NCBI GenBank assembly: GCA_963838925.1
Contig: CAWISW010000003.1
Coordinates: forward strand, 224,001-288,000
From: an uncultured Nitrososphaerota archaeon
GTDB lineage: Archaea > Thermoproteota > Nitrososphaeria > Nitrososphaerales > Gagatemarchaeaceae
Direction: 5' to 3'
DNA: 64,000 nucleotides
How positions within the stretch are numbered: the first letter of the stretch is position 1; each line of letters begins with the position of its first letter. The notes beneath the pieces were generated by a model that was not told where the DNA came from, made no database searches, and saw only the letters and a list, made by a program, of their open reading frames with translations. The position numbers were made by a program, and so were the translations under genes. This document shows, piece by piece, positions 25,849 through 36,638 of this stretch.

Positions 25849-28800
25849 TTGCCCTTCAAGGCTAGCTCCGCCTGGGAGCATAGCAAGAAGCTGACCGTCT
25901 TCCCACTAGAGCTCGAAGCGTACTACTCCGACATATTGGGCCAGTACGAGGCCGCTTACAACCTCGCCGAGGAGGCGAAGTCGAGGGGGCTCGATCCAAA
26001 CGAGATTGTCGAATCCAAGACAGTGTTCGACTTGGCAGACCGGGTGAACGAAATGCTGGGGCTCTCACAGTTCGAAGGATTGGCAGAGAGGCTCCGTCAC
26101 CTCCTCCACACGACGACGAAGGAGAGGGCCACCTTGACGATTGCCGAGGAGATAGCCCTCGGCAAGTTCGGGGCCATGAGCACGGACCAGGCGCTCCAGT
26201 ACGCTGTAAGGGCCGGGCTCGCTGTGATAACCGATGGCGTGACCGTCGCGCCAATCCAGGGCATATCGACCGTCGTGATCAAGAAGAACGACGACAACAG
26301 CGAGTACGCATCGATTTCATACGCAGGGCCTATGAGGTCGGCAGGCGGCACAGAGGCCGCGTTCTCTGTGCTCATAGCAGACGTCGTCGCAAAGAAACTC
26401 GGCCTCTCGCCGTACCGGGCGCGCGACGAGGAGATTGCCAGGTACATCGAAGAGCTGAGGGTGTACGAGCGCGAGGTCGGCAGCTTCCAGTACCGCGTCT
26501 CCGACTCGGACGTCCGAGTGGCCCTCTCAAACCTGCCCGTGGAGATTGACGGCGTGGAGACCGACCCCTACGAGGTTGTCGTGCACAGGAACCTGAAGCG
26601 CGTCGCCACTGACAGGGTCAGGGGCGGGGCTCTCCGCGTCCTGAACGACGGGGTGATTGGAAGGGCCCACAAACTTGCCAAAATCTTGAAGGAGCTAGAG
26701 TTGACCGGTTGGGACTGGCTCCCCGAACTGAAGGGCGGCAAGCAACAGTCCACCGGTGAGACGGAGAAACTGGGGGCCCATTTCGAAGAGGTGATTTCCG
26801 GGCGCCCCGTCATCTCTTCTCCCAACACCCGAGGGGGACTTCGGATAAGGTACGGAAGGGCCATGAACACCGGCCTCTCTACCGTCGGCATCCACCCTGC
26901 GATTCCCGCGCTGCTGGACAACTGCGTGGTCGTAGGTACCCAAGTCAAGGTCGACTTGCCAGGAAAGGCCGCCACCATAGCGTTTGTCGACTCCATCGAA
27001 GGGCCTACCATCCGCCTCAAAGACGGCTCTGTTCGCCGTGTAAACAACCTGAGGGAGGCAGAACGCTTCCACGACGCCCTCGAGATCATACTCGATATGG
27101 GTGACGCCCTCATTAGCTACGGCGACTTCTTGGAGAACAACAAGACCCTCGGGCCTTCCCCGTACGTGACAGAGTGGTGGCTCCAAGACCTCAGGGCGGC
27201 CATGCAAAACACAATAAATGAACAAGACTCGGCTGGAGCCGGGGCTCCTGACCCGGCTAGGCTCACGGCAATCCTCGAGGGTGCGATGCCTTCCGCTGAG
27301 GAGGCCCTTGCAATCTCGAGGCAGCTCGCCATACCGCTCTGTCCGTCTTACACTCCGAGGTTCGACAGGCTCTCGCCCGCGGAAGTGCTATTGCTGAAAG
27401 AGGCCGCCAATCAGTCTGGGCGTGATATCGAGGTACACATCACATCACATCACATCGAGGAGGCTTTGCAGCACCTGCTCATACCATACACGCGCAACAA
27501 GGACTCGGCTACCCTGACCGACGGCTGGGCTGTCATACTCGGTGCGCTTCTGGACTTGGAGGGCAGAGCGGCAGCAATCGACGCCGCGGCTTGGGAACCC
27601 ACCAAGGCCGTCGAGCTTATCCACCGCCTTTCCGGCATCAGGCTGGGCAGGCAGACCACGGGAACCGTCGGCATGAGGGTCGGGCGCCCAGAGAAAGCGA
27701 TGCTCAGGCACATGAAGCCCCCAGTCCACGTGCTCTTCCCCGTAGGCGCCGCAGGAGGCAGCACGCGCGACCTGCTAGCCGCGGCCAAGCACGGGAGCAT
27801 GCGGGTCGACATGGTCAACATAATGTGCCCTTCCTGCGGGAAGCGGAAGCTCGCCAGCAGGTGCGAGGAGTGCGGCGAAGCGACCATCAGGTTCCTCTCC
27901 TGCCCGCGTTGCAGCCAGGTCATCAACGCGGAAGAGGGCCAGAGCTGCCCTAAGTGCAGGGTGGAGGGCGTGACACACTCGAACTACAACCTCGACGTCA
28001 GAGCCAGCGTGGACGCGGTGCTGAGGAAGGTGCCCGAGGTCGCCCGAGGCCCCATCAAGGGCGTGCGCGGCCTCTCGAGCGGCTCGAAGTACGCCGAACC
28101 GATTGAAAAAGGGGCCCTCCGGAGCAAGCACGAGATCTACGTCTACAAGGACGGGACGGCGCGCGTGGACGTAACCAACGCCCCGCTCACCCACTTCAGG
28201 CCGAGCGGCATACACGTGGACATTCCGACTCTGCTCTCCCTTGGTTACACCACCGACAAAGACGGCGTGCCCCTAGTCGACCCTGAGCAGATTGTGGCGC
28301 TCAAGCCTCAAGATGTGGTCATCCCAGAGAACACAGCGCGCGACCTCGTGAGGGTGGCGGAATTCGTCGACGACGAGTTGGAGACCGTCTACGGGCTCCC
28401 GAGGTTCTACAACGTCAAGAGCCCGGAGGACTTGAGGGGGAAGGTGGTAGTTGGCCTCGCCCCCCACACTTCAGTGGGCGTCGCTGGAAGAATCATCGGG
28501 TTCTCCAACGCCCAAGTATGTTTCGCCAACCCCTGCTGGCACTCTGCCAAACGCAGGGATTGCGACGGCGACGGAGACTCGGTCCTCCTGCTGATGGACA
28601 TATTCCTCAACTTCTCGGTAGAGTACATACCCACCCAGATTGGCGGTCTGATGGACACGCCGCTGCTGATTCAGCCAATAATCCTGCCCGCAGAGGTCGA
28701 CGACCAGGCCCACAACTTCGACGTCGCTTGGAAGTATCCGGCTGCCTTCTACGAGGCCACCGAGTCCTCGCCCAACGCGTCAAAGGTTTCAGGGCTGATC

Positions 28801-29346
28801 GAGACCATCCGCAACAGGGTGAACCTTCAGGACCAGTTCTACAACTATGGGTTCACCCACAGCACCAGTTCAATCACGATAAAGAGCCCGCGGAGCGCCT
28901 ACTCCACCCTGACCACGCTGTCGGACAAGATATCTAAGCAGATTGAGGTGGCCGAGAAGATAGAGGCGGTCTCGGCCAAGCAGGTCGTGGAGTCGATAAT
29001 CAAGACCCACCTAATCAGGGACATAATGGGGAACATGAAGAAGTACTCCACCCAATCCTTCAAGTGCAGGGCATGCGGTCGGACCCTGCGCAGGCCGACG
29101 GTCTCTGCCAAGTGCGAAATCTGCGGAGGGGAGCTAAGGGAGACGCTGACGCGCGGCTCGGTCGAGAAGTACCTGGCCATCGCCCGCAGGCTCGCGCACG
29201 ACTACGACGTTGACGAATACATCAAGGAGAGGCTGGACCTCTTGGTCAGGGAGATGGACCAGCTCTTCCCGACTAGGGAGAAGAGCACGCAGTCGGAGCT
29301 GACCGACTTCGCCCAAGGCCCGGAGCCGAGCCTAGTGGTCGACTGA
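25849..29346 (+). CDS. polC: DNA polymerase D large subunit DP2
   Basis: YAGPMRSAGGT, RVRGGA, RVGRPEKA, AKRRDCDGDGD, GGLMDTP and Zn fingers; no intein seen. Confidence 0.97.
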   Translation: MPFKASSAWEHSKKLTVFPLELEAYYSDILGQYEAAYNLAEEAKSRGLDPNEIVESKTVFDLADRVNEMLGLSQFEGLAERLRHLLHTTTKERATLTIAEEIALGKFGAMSTDQALQYAVRAGLAVITDGVTVAPIQGISTVVIKKNDDNSEYASISYAGPMRSAGGTEAAFSVLIADVVAKKLGLSPYRARDEEIARYIEELRVYEREVGSFQYRVSDSDVRVALSNLPVEIDGVETDPYEVVVHRNLKRVATDRVRGGALRVLNDGVIGRAHKLAKILKELELTGWDWLPELKGGKQQSTGETEKLGAHFEEVISGRPVISSPNTRGGLRIRYGRAMNTGLSTVGIHPAIPALLDNCVVVGTQVKVDLPGKAATIAFVDSIEGPTIRLKDGSVRRVNNLREAERFHDALEIILDMGDALISYGDFLENNKTLGPSPYVTEWWLQDLRAAMQNTINEQDSAGAGAPDPARLTAILEGAMPSAEEALAISRQLAIPLCPSYTPRFDRLSPAEVLLLKEAANQSGRDIEVHITSHHIEEALQHLLIPYTRNKDSATLTDGWAVILGALLDLEGRAAAIDAAAWEPTKAVELIHRLSGIRLGRQTTGTVGMRVGRPEKAMLRHMKPPVHVLFPVGAAGGSTRDLLAAAKHGSMRVDMVNIMCPSCGKRKLASRCEECGEATIRFLSCPRCSQVINAEEGQSCPKCRVEGVTHSNYNLDVRASVDAVLRKVPEVARGPIKGVRGLSSGSKYAEPIEKGALRSKHEIYVYKDGTARVDVTNAPLTHFRPSGIHVDIPTLLSLGYTTDKDGVPLVDPEQIVALKPQDVVIPENTARDLVRVAEFVDDELETVYGLPRFYNVKSPEDLRGKVVVGLAPHTSVGVAGRIIGFSNAQVCFANPCWHSAKRRDCDGDGDSVLLLMDIFLNFSVEYIPTQIGGLMDTPLLIQPIILPAEVDDQAHNFDVAWKYPAAFYEATESSPNASKVSGLIETIRNRVNLQDQFYNYGFTHSTSSITIKSPRSAYSTLTTLSDKISKQIEVAEKIEAVSAKQVVESIIKTHLIRDIMGNMKKYSTQSFKCRACGRTLRRPTVSAKCEICGGELRETLTRGSVEKYLAIARRLAHDYDVDEYIKERLDLLVREMDQLFPTREKSTQSELTDFAQGPEPSLVVD

Positions 29347-29351
29347 CGCTC

Positions 29352-30653
29352 CTAGCGGTAGAAGTACGCCGGCGAGTTGTCGAACGAGTACTTCACTCGC
29401 TGGTGCATCTTCCGGAGGCCCCGCACACGTCTCTTGACCATATGTGCCTTGTCGGTGGTAAGCGCCAAGTGCAACACCTCCGCGACCTCCTTCATCTCGC
29501 TCTTCCCCATCCCGAGCCTGGTGAGTTCCGATACCCCCAGCCTTATCCCTCCTGGGTTCGTATAATGCCTACCCGCCTGAAGGTCGCCCGGCAGCAGTTG
29601 GCGGTTGGCGATGATGTTCATGTCTTCCAGCTTCTTTTCGACCTTCCCCCCGTCGCCGTACTTGGTGACGTCCAGCGCGACCTGGTGAGACTCGGTGTAG
29701 CCGTGGTTCTCTCCGAGCACGCTCTCCCCCTCCTCGGCGAGAGCCTGGGCAAGCGTCCGCGCGTTCGCCGTGACCGCCTTGGCGTAGCTGCTGCCGAACT
29801 TCAAGAACTCTACGAAGGTGAGGGCCTTGGCCGCCACGTTGTGAAGATGGTGGTTGCTCGACGTCCCCGGGAAGACGGACTTCTTCAGGCTCTCGCCGTA
29901 CTGCGCCTTGGACACGACCGCCCCGCCCTGCGGACCGAAGAGGGTCTTGTGGGTGCTGAAGCTCATCACGTGGGCGCCCTCCCCGAGCGGGTCCTGGAAC
30001 CTTCCTCCCGCGATTAGGCCGGCGACGTGCGCGGCGTCATAGCAAGGGGTAGCCCCGATTTCAAGCACGGCGTCAACGAGGTCCTTCACCGGGTGCGGGA
30101 AGAGGAAGAGGCTCCCGCCGAACATGACTATCTTGACCTTCTTCCCCGCGGAGTGGAGCGCCCTTAGTTTCTTCTTGGTCTGGTCGACATCGATGTTCAT
30201 GTTCTCTTTGTCGAACACAAAGTACTCTATGTCGAGGCCGTGGACCAGACCCGCAGTCCCTGAGAACTCCTTCTTGCCGGCAGAGATGTGACCACCGTTC
30301 GGTATCGAGAGCGCCATCATCGTGTCCCCGGGATCAGATAACGAGGAGTATACCGCGAGGTTAGCGCAAGCGCCCGACACGGGGCGGACATCCGCAAACT
30401 CCGCCCTGAACAAGGTCTTGGCAAGGCTGATGGCTTCGAGCTCAATCTGGTCTATGAACTTGCAACCAGCGTACACCCTCTCCCCCGGCCAGCCCTCCGC
30501 GTACCTGTGCCCCAGGTCAGAGGAGAGGACCTGCCTGACTGTGCGAGAGGCGACGTTCTCGCTCGCGACCAGCGGGAGGCTCTCAGAGAACCACTTCTCG
30601 TGCTGTTTCACCAGCGAAATGAGCTTGCCTTGTTGATTCTTCACAACGGCCAA
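29352..30653 (-). CDS. glyA: Serine hydroxymethyltransferase
   Basis: LVASEN, RYAEG, YDAAHVAGLI and STHKTLFGPQGG; TTG start near 30653. Confidence 0.96.
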   Translation of the reverse strand: MAVVKNQQGKLISLVKQHEKWFSESLPLVASENVASRTVRQVLSSDLGHRYAEGWPGERVYAGCKFIDQIELEAISLAKTLFRAEFADVRPVSGACANLAVYSSLSDPGDTMMALSIPNGGHISAGKKEFSGTAGLVHGLDIEYFVFDKENMNIDVDQTKKKLRALHSAGKKVKIVMFGGSLFLFPHPVKDLVDAVLEIGATPCYDAAHVAGLIAGGRFQDPLGEGAHVMSFSTHKTLFGPQGGAVVSKAQYGESLKKSVFPGTSSNHHLHNVAAKALTFVEFLKFGSSYAKAVTANARTLAQALAEEGESVLGENHGYTESHQVALDVTKYGDGGKVEKKLEDMNIIANRQLLPGDLQAGRHYTNPGGIRLGVSELTRLGMGKSEMKEVAEVLHLALTTDKAHMVKRRVRGLRKMHQRVKYSFDNSPAYFYR

Positions 30654-30757
30654 ACAACCCTCGTCAGTAATTATTGTTTTTGTGCGATTCTTCGACTCAC
30701 GGCAGTTGCACAACATATTTTATAAGGGCGCCAGAGTGGCAAAAGGAGAGAAAAGAC

Positions 30758-30973
30758 ATGAGCAGCAAGAACAAGCAACTACCGGCATCAAGCGCAGGGT
30801 TGCTCAGGTTCTTCGAAGACGAGACCGAAGGCGTCAAGATCAAGCCGGAAATCGTCCTCGCTGCTTCGATGGGGCTCGTCGTAGGCTCAATCGCCATGAA
30901 CCTGATATTCCCGGCACCTCCGTCAAGCACATCTACCGCCGGCGCTGCATTCCTCGCTCTATTATTCGGGTAG
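30758..30973 (+). CDS. secG: Preprotein translocase subunit Sec61beta/SecG
   Basis: SSAGLLRFFEDE..GVKIKPEIV plus a TM helix. Confidence 0.9.
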   Translation: MSSKNKQLPASSAGLLRFFEDETEGVKIKPEIVLAASMGLVVGSIAMNLIFPAPPSSTSTAGAAFLALLFG

Positions 30974-30979
30974 ATTCCT

Positions 30980-32740
30980 CTGTATGGTTCCGCAACTGAA
31001 CAGCTAGCTCGCCGTTACCGGCATCTGTTCGTCCTGCCGTCCTTCTCCATCCTCTCCGTCCTCGTCGCATTTTCCAACGTCGTCCTGCTCGCGCCTCTTG
31101 TGGCGCTCGACGGATTGCCAATCGTCGCCGCGCTGGCTGTCTTCATCGCCACATTCGGAAGCTCAGGCTTGATCACCTACGCGGTCAGGGCATCGGATCC
31201 AGACTCGATAGTCTCCCTCAGACGGACGTTCGGGCTCACGCTCGCCTCGAACCTCCTCTGGACCATCCTGCTCGCGGTAGGCTCCCTCTTCTCTTGGGTG
31301 CTCCACACGACCCGACCTGGCCTCAACGAGTTCGTCCTCGGCGCCTTCTTCGCGTGGAGCTTCGAGCTCCTGGTGGTGAACGGGGCCTTCGTATCCAGCA
31401 CCGCCAAGAGCATGGTGATAGCGGTGGTCCAGCCGGCGACGACCCTGCTCCTCGCCTCGCCGTTCATAGTCAAGGCCAACCCCGCACTGGCCTACTCTGC
31501 CGCGTCGGGTTTGGTCGTGCTGGGAATCACAACGGCGTTCCTCCTGAAGTTCAAGACGTTCAAGACGCAAGGCGTGGGCATCAACTCGCTGCAGACCTTC
31601 CAATCGTTCCTAAAGTCATGGGTCTCACAAAGGCCCGCAGAGCTCGAGACCTACTTCAAACTCTACTCCCACGACGAGCCGGTCGCAACAAGAATCGTCC
31701 TGACCACCAGCGCCGCGGACCGAGTCGCCCTCGTGTTGCCCGGCGTCCATCCTGGCCCGTTCTTCCCTGTGGGGAGCTACAACCTCTCGGAACTGATATA
31801 CCAGGAGGTCCGCAAGAGCGGCGTAACCCCCATGGTCTTGCACGGCGTCGGGGGGCACGAGAGGAACCTTCCCACGAACGCGCTCACGAAGCAGTACGCG
31901 GCCGCAATCGCAAGCGCCATCACGATGCCCGACACGAAGCAACAGCTGCAGAGGATGCGTGGCCCCAACAAGCTGAAGCTGGGCTCCACCGCATTGACGA
32001 CTCTCGGATTCGGAAACCAAGTTGTCGCGTTCCTGTCGAACGCGCCGTACAACACCGACGACCTTGAGCCCTCGATTGTGGGCAGGGCGGTCTCGTCAGC
32101 GACCGACTCGGGAGTCGAGCTGATGCTCGTGGACGCACACAACTCGATCGGAGGAGAGAACACCGAACAACCCGAACTCGACTGGAGGAGGGTCTTCTCG
32201 GACATCGGGTCGAGCCCCGAGGAGGAGTTCGACGTCGGCTCCGCGCACTCTTCGGAGCTCCAGTTCGAGCATGGGTCCGACATAAGCGACGGCGGAATCA
32301 CGGCCCTGGTCTTCAGGAAGCACGCGTCGACATATGCGCTGATAACGTCTGACTCGAACAACGCAGTCATCGGCCTCAGGCAAGCGGTCATCGACGAGCT
32401 CAAGAAAGACAACGTGGAACTGATTGAGCTGTGCACCTCGGACACCCACAACTCGGCCGCAAGGTACCTGACCAGCAGGGGTTACCGCGCCCTCGGGGAG
32501 GACACGGACCGAGCCAAGCTGGTCGCGACAATCAAGAAGTTGGAAAAGCTTGCCGAAGGCAGGCTCGCACGCGGAAAGGTGACCGTCATCAACTCGCAGC
32601 TGACGCTGCCCTTGATTGGAGACAAGTCGCTAAACGACTTCGCCACCCTGACGAAGGAGACGCTGAGCTTCGCGAAGGCCTACGCCGCCGGCGCGCTCGT
32701 CTCCGCCGCGGCCATATGCTTCCTTGCGCTCTTCTTTTGA
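30980..32740 (+). CDS. DUF2070-family membrane protein (start probably non-canonical)
   Basis: Multi-TM N-half; HPGPF, DAHN, DSNN and TSDTH motifs. Frame is open back to the Sec61beta stop with only ATT/CTG upstream of 31100. Confidence 0.8.
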   Translation: MYGSATEQLARRYRHLFVLPSFSILSVLVAFSNVVLLAPLVALDGLPIVAALAVFIATFGSSGLITYAVRASDPDSIVSLRRTFGLTLASNLLWTILLAVGSLFSWVLHTTRPGLNEFVLGAFFAWSFELLVVNGAFVSSTAKSMVIAVVQPATTLLLASPFIVKANPALAYSAASGLVVLGITTAFLLKFKTFKTQGVGINSLQTFQSFLKSWVSQRPAELETYFKLYSHDEPVATRIVLTTSAADRVALVLPGVHPGPFFPVGSYNLSELIYQEVRKSGVTPMVLHGVGGHERNLPTNALTKQYAAAIASAITMPDTKQQLQRMRGPNKLKLGSTALTTLGFGNQVVAFLSNAPYNTDDLEPSIVGRAVSSATDSGVELMLVDAHNSIGGENTEQPELDWRRVFSDIGSSPEEEFDVGSAHSSELQFEHGSDISDGGITALVFRKHASTYALITSDSNNAVIGLRQAVIDELKKDNVELIELCTSDTHNSAARYLTSRGYRALGEDTDRAKLVATIKKLEKLAEGRLARGKVTVINSQLTLPLIGDKSLNDFATLTKETLSFAKAYAAGALVSAAAICFLALFF

Positions 32741-32752
32741 GGGACATCGAGA

Positions 32753-33394
32753 TTGAACCATAGTGAGGGGCGCTTGAGAATCCCCGGCGGGTACTTGGTC
32801 GCAATCGAAGGAATAGACGCGGTCGGGAAGAACACGCACACACTCCTGCTCGTCAAGTGGCTGAGGAGAAAAGGGGTGAAGACAACACACATGTCGTTCC
32901 CCGACTACGAAACCCCGATAGGCAAGGAAATCAAGTCGTTCCTTTCCGGACGAGCCCATTACCCGACGGAGCTGCAGCACCTCCTCTTCGCAGCGAACAG
33001 GTGGGAGAAGCTCGGCGAGCTCGAGTCTTCCCTCAAAGCAGGGGAAGTCATTATCGTAAACAGGTACACCGGCTCCAACCTGGCCTACGGAATGGCCAAC
33101 GGGCTCGACCCCAACTGGCTGGCCAGCTTGGAGAAGGGCATGCCAAGCGCAGACCTAGTCCTAGTGCTCGACGCGCCTCCACGAGCCCTCGTCTCAAGGA
33201 GGCCCGGCATCAGCAAGGACGCCTACGAGAAGAGCTCAGCGCTGCAGGGCAAGGCCCAAAAGGCTTACAGGGAGCTCGCGCGCAGGCACGGCTGGAAACT
33301 CATTGACGCCGACGGGCCTGTCGGGGACGTCCAAGCGGCGGTGCTCAAGACTGTGAGAGTGGCCCTCGAAAGGGACCGGAGGACGAAACTATGA
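32753..33394 (+). CDS. tmk: Thymidylate kinase
   Basis: IEGIDAVGKNT, LLFAANRWE and NRYTGSNLAYG. Confidence 0.93.
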   Translation: MNHSEGRLRIPGGYLVAIEGIDAVGKNTHTLLLVKWLRRKGVKTTHMSFPDYETPIGKEIKSFLSGRAHYPTELQHLLFAANRWEKLGELESSLKAGEVIIVNRYTGSNLAYGMANGLDPNWLASLEKGMPSADLVLVLDAPPRALVSRRPGISKDAYEKSSALQGKAQKAYRELARRHGWKLIDADGPVGDVQAAVLKTVRVALERDRRTKL

Positions 33395-34692
33395 CGCTGA
33401 AGTACGTCGCTGAGATTAGAGACCCAATCCACGGCTACATCAAAATCACGAAGGAGGAGCGCGAGCTCATCGACTCGATTTTCGTCCAGCGCCTCCGAAG
33501 GATCCATCAGCTCGCGGGGGCCTACCTGGTCTACCCCGGCGGGGTACACAGCAGGTTCGAGCACGTGATCGGGACGATGCACGTGGCGGGTCTCATCGCG
33601 CAGTCCCTAGCGGACAAGGCCGGGCTTCGCGACGATGACATCCAAGAGATGAGGATCGCCGCCCTCCTCCACGACGTGGGGCACGGGCCGTTCTCCCACC
33701 TCTTCGAAGAGGTCCTGGCGGAGAAGACCGACCTCACCCACGAAGACCTGTCCCAGAGGATAGTCTCGGAGTCGAACATAGCAGACATCTTGAGAAGGAA
33801 CGGCTACCAGCCCTCGAAGATCTCGAAGCTCTGCGTGGGGAAGTCGAGGACTAGGCCGTTCATGAACCAGATTATAGCGGGGGGATTGAGCGCGGACATG
33901 ATGGACTACTTGCTCAGAGACACCTACTTCACGGGGGTCGAGTACGGGAAGGTCGACATACAGCGGGTCATCGACTCCATGGACGTAAGCGCAGACGACC
34001 ACCTGCTCTTGGAGAGGGCCGCACTATACGCGTTCGAGGCCCTCCTCATCGCGAGGTACGAGATGTTCAAGGCGGTATACTTCCACAGGACGGTCAGGGC
34101 GGCCGAACTGATGCTCGCCCACTCCATGACGCTGGCCGACAGCGAGCTCCACCTGACCGAGCTTTCGAAGATAGACAGGATTCTCAGACTCACCGACGAG
34201 GTCGTCCTGCAACAGCTCGCGGACCTCTCCCCACGCACTCCTGACCTGAAGATAGCGAAGCAACTCGCCGCGAACTACATGCAGAGGAAGCTCGTGAAGT
34301 GCGTCTTCGAGAAGGTGATGCAGAGGAAGGACAGGACCATCCAACGCATATTCAGCAAGAAGAGGTTCAGGGACGAACTGGCCTCGGATATCGCGCAAGG
34401 GGCGGGCTTGGAGCCCTCGGACATCTACATCGACGTGCCCAACACCCCCTCCGTGCCGTACACGTACGAGAGGCAGGCGCTCAACTCAATCACCCTCTTC
34501 TCGAATGACGCCTACGGGGGCAGAAGGAGGACGGAGACCGTGCCGATAAGTGAGCTCCCTCTGGTCGGGTCGATAACGGGGTTCATGGACATACTGAGGA
34601 TCTACACGTTCTCCGAGCACAGGAGCGAGGTCATAGGCGCGGTGGAGAAAATCTTCGGCAAGGAGGACTTCATGTCCCGGATTTCTGTCTGA
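33391..34692 (+). CDS. HD-domain phosphohydrolase (dNTPase-like)
   Basis: DPIHGYI, QRLRRIHQL, HSRFEH, LLHDVGHGPFSH and DMMDYLLRD. Confidence 0.92.
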   Translation: MTLKYVAEIRDPIHGYIKITKEERELIDSIFVQRLRRIHQLAGAYLVYPGGVHSRFEHVIGTMHVAGLIAQSLADKAGLRDDDIQEMRIAALLHDVGHGPFSHLFEEVLAEKTDLTHEDLSQRIVSESNIADILRRNGYQPSKISKLCVGKSRTRPFMNQIIAGGLSADMMDYLLRDTYFTGVEYGKVDIQRVIDSMDVSADDHLLLERAALYAFEALLIARYEMFKAVYFHRTVRAAELMLAHSMTLADSELHLTELSKIDRILRLTDEVVLQQLADLSPRTPDLKIAKQLAANYMQRKLVKCVFEKVMQRKDRTIQRIFSKKRFRDELASDIAQGAGLEPSDIYIDVPNTPSVPYTYERQALNSITLFSNDAYGGRRRTETVPISELPLVGSITGFMDILRIYTFSEHRSEVIGAVEKIFGKEDFMSRISV

Positions 34693-34731
34693 CACCATCT
34701 GTCCTGAAATACAGTCCCGCCCTTACACTCC

Positions 34732-36638
34732 GTGCTCCTCGAGGACATCTTCCCCTACCCATCATTCCGCCAGGGACAGAAGGAACTGGCGCAGTCGGTA
34801 TACTTCGCATGCAAGAACGGCCAGAAGCTCGTCGCGGAGGCCATGAGCGGGTTCGGGAAGACCGCGGCGGTCCTTGCCGGAAGCATCTCGGCGGCGACGG
34901 AGGACGACCTCGAAATAATCTACCTGTGCCGCACGAAGAGGCAGGTCTTCCGGGTGCTGGAGGAGCTAAGCCGGTTCTCCGAGCGGACTCCCGTCCGCGC
35001 GACGAGCCTCTTCTCGAAGTACGACTACTGCCTCCTCAGGCAAGGAGGCCGCGCGGTCTCGCCTGAGACCTTCAAGTGGTACTGCAGCTTCCAGACCTCC
35101 AACAACCTCTGCAGCTACTTCTTGAACGTCGGCTTCAATCAGGAGAAGATCGAGAAGCTCGTGGACGAACAGATCAGCGGGCCGGGTCCATCTCAGAGCT
35201 TCTGAAGAAGGGAGCAGACCTGCACGTGTGCCCGTACGAGGTCGCACGGCTCTCCTTGGCCCGCTCGAAGGTCGTCGTGACCACGTACCACTACCTCCTC
35301 GACCCAGCCTCGAGGTGGATGCTCATCGGTGGCGACAAGCCGCTTCGAAGAGTCGTGGCAGTAATCGACGAGGCTCACAACATAAGGGACTTCATCTCCG
35401 GCAACTCAACCAAGGCGCTCTCCTTCTCGGACATCAGGCAATGCATCGCCGACGCCCGAAGCCTCTACCTGCCGCGCATCTGCGCGGCCATCGCAGAGAT
35501 TGGCGAAAGGGCCACAGAGTTTTGCTCTAGGAACCCACACTGGCTCTTGGGGAAGGGGTCCTTCGTCAGCGCGTTGACCGGGAGCCACGCCAAGGACTGG
35601 CTGTCGGATCTTGTCTTCGAGCTTTCGACAAACGCGGGCGTCGCATGGTACTCCGTCGCGACCAACAGGAACCTCCCCTCATCGATAATCAAGCTAGGCG
35701 AATTCCTGAGCGCGTTGCTCTCCTCCATCAGCTCCGAGCAGATAGCACTGGTGAAGTCCGACTCCGCGCTCTTCCTGACGGACACCCGCCCTTCGAGAAG
35801 GTTCCTTGAAGCCACCGACGGTCTGAGAAGCCTGGTCCTGCTCTCCGCAACCATCAACCCGTCGGCTCTCTTCCTGCAATCCATCGGACTTGACGGGTCA
35901 TCCGCGTCAGTCCACAGTGCAGTCACGAGGAACAAGTTCAGAATCAGGACGGTAATCGACAGCGCCGTCACCACGAGATTCAAGATGAGGACCCCTGCGA
36001 TGTACTCCAAGATTGCGCGCAACATCGCGGCGATTTGCGGCGGCACCCGCGGAGGCATTGGCGTCTTTCTCCCGTCCTACTCCCTTTTGGAGGCGATAAG
36101 ACACCCGCTACTGTCGGAGATTGACCAGGCTGCCTCTCTCCCAGCTAAGCGAACGAACGTCCTCGTGGAGAGGCACGGCCTTACGAACGCAGAGTCCGAG
36201 GAGATGATGGACGCCTTCAAGTCGAACAGCGGAAGCCTCCTTCTTGCCGTCCAAGGCGGGCGGTTCTCTGAAGGCGAGGACTTCCCCGGCGACGAGATGG
36301 AGGTCTCGATAGTCGTGGGCCTGCCAATGCCTCCGCCTACACCGACGACCTACGCCGAGTACAGGCAGATGGAGAGCGAACGGTTCGACAAGCATCAGGC
36401 GTACATGCTCCTCGCCCTCCTCCCTGCGCTGAGAAAGGCAATCCAGTGCGCCGGAAGGCACGTGAGAGACCCCGGGAAGGTGGGCATGGTCTTCTTCATG
36501 GATTCTCGCTTCGCGGATCAAAAGGTGATTGACTTGATGCCTTCATGGCTGACAGACGACCTAGTCAAGGGGAAGTTCGAGGCGGAATCGATTCGCGCAA
36601 TGACCCAGGACTTCTTCACGCACGCTAGGAACCATTGA
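34732..36638 (+). CDS. XPD/Rad3/DinG-family Fe-S helicase, split by a frameshift near 35180
   Basis: First ORF: FPYPSFRQGQ, SGFGKT and Cys cluster. Second ORF: CPY, IDEAHN, LSAT, SEGEDF and QCAGRHVR. Confidence 0.85.

Noticed and set aside
25849-29346. Intein in DP2 (and in Cdc6 or TopA)
   Set aside because: Lengths are normal and no C...HN splice motifs were seen.
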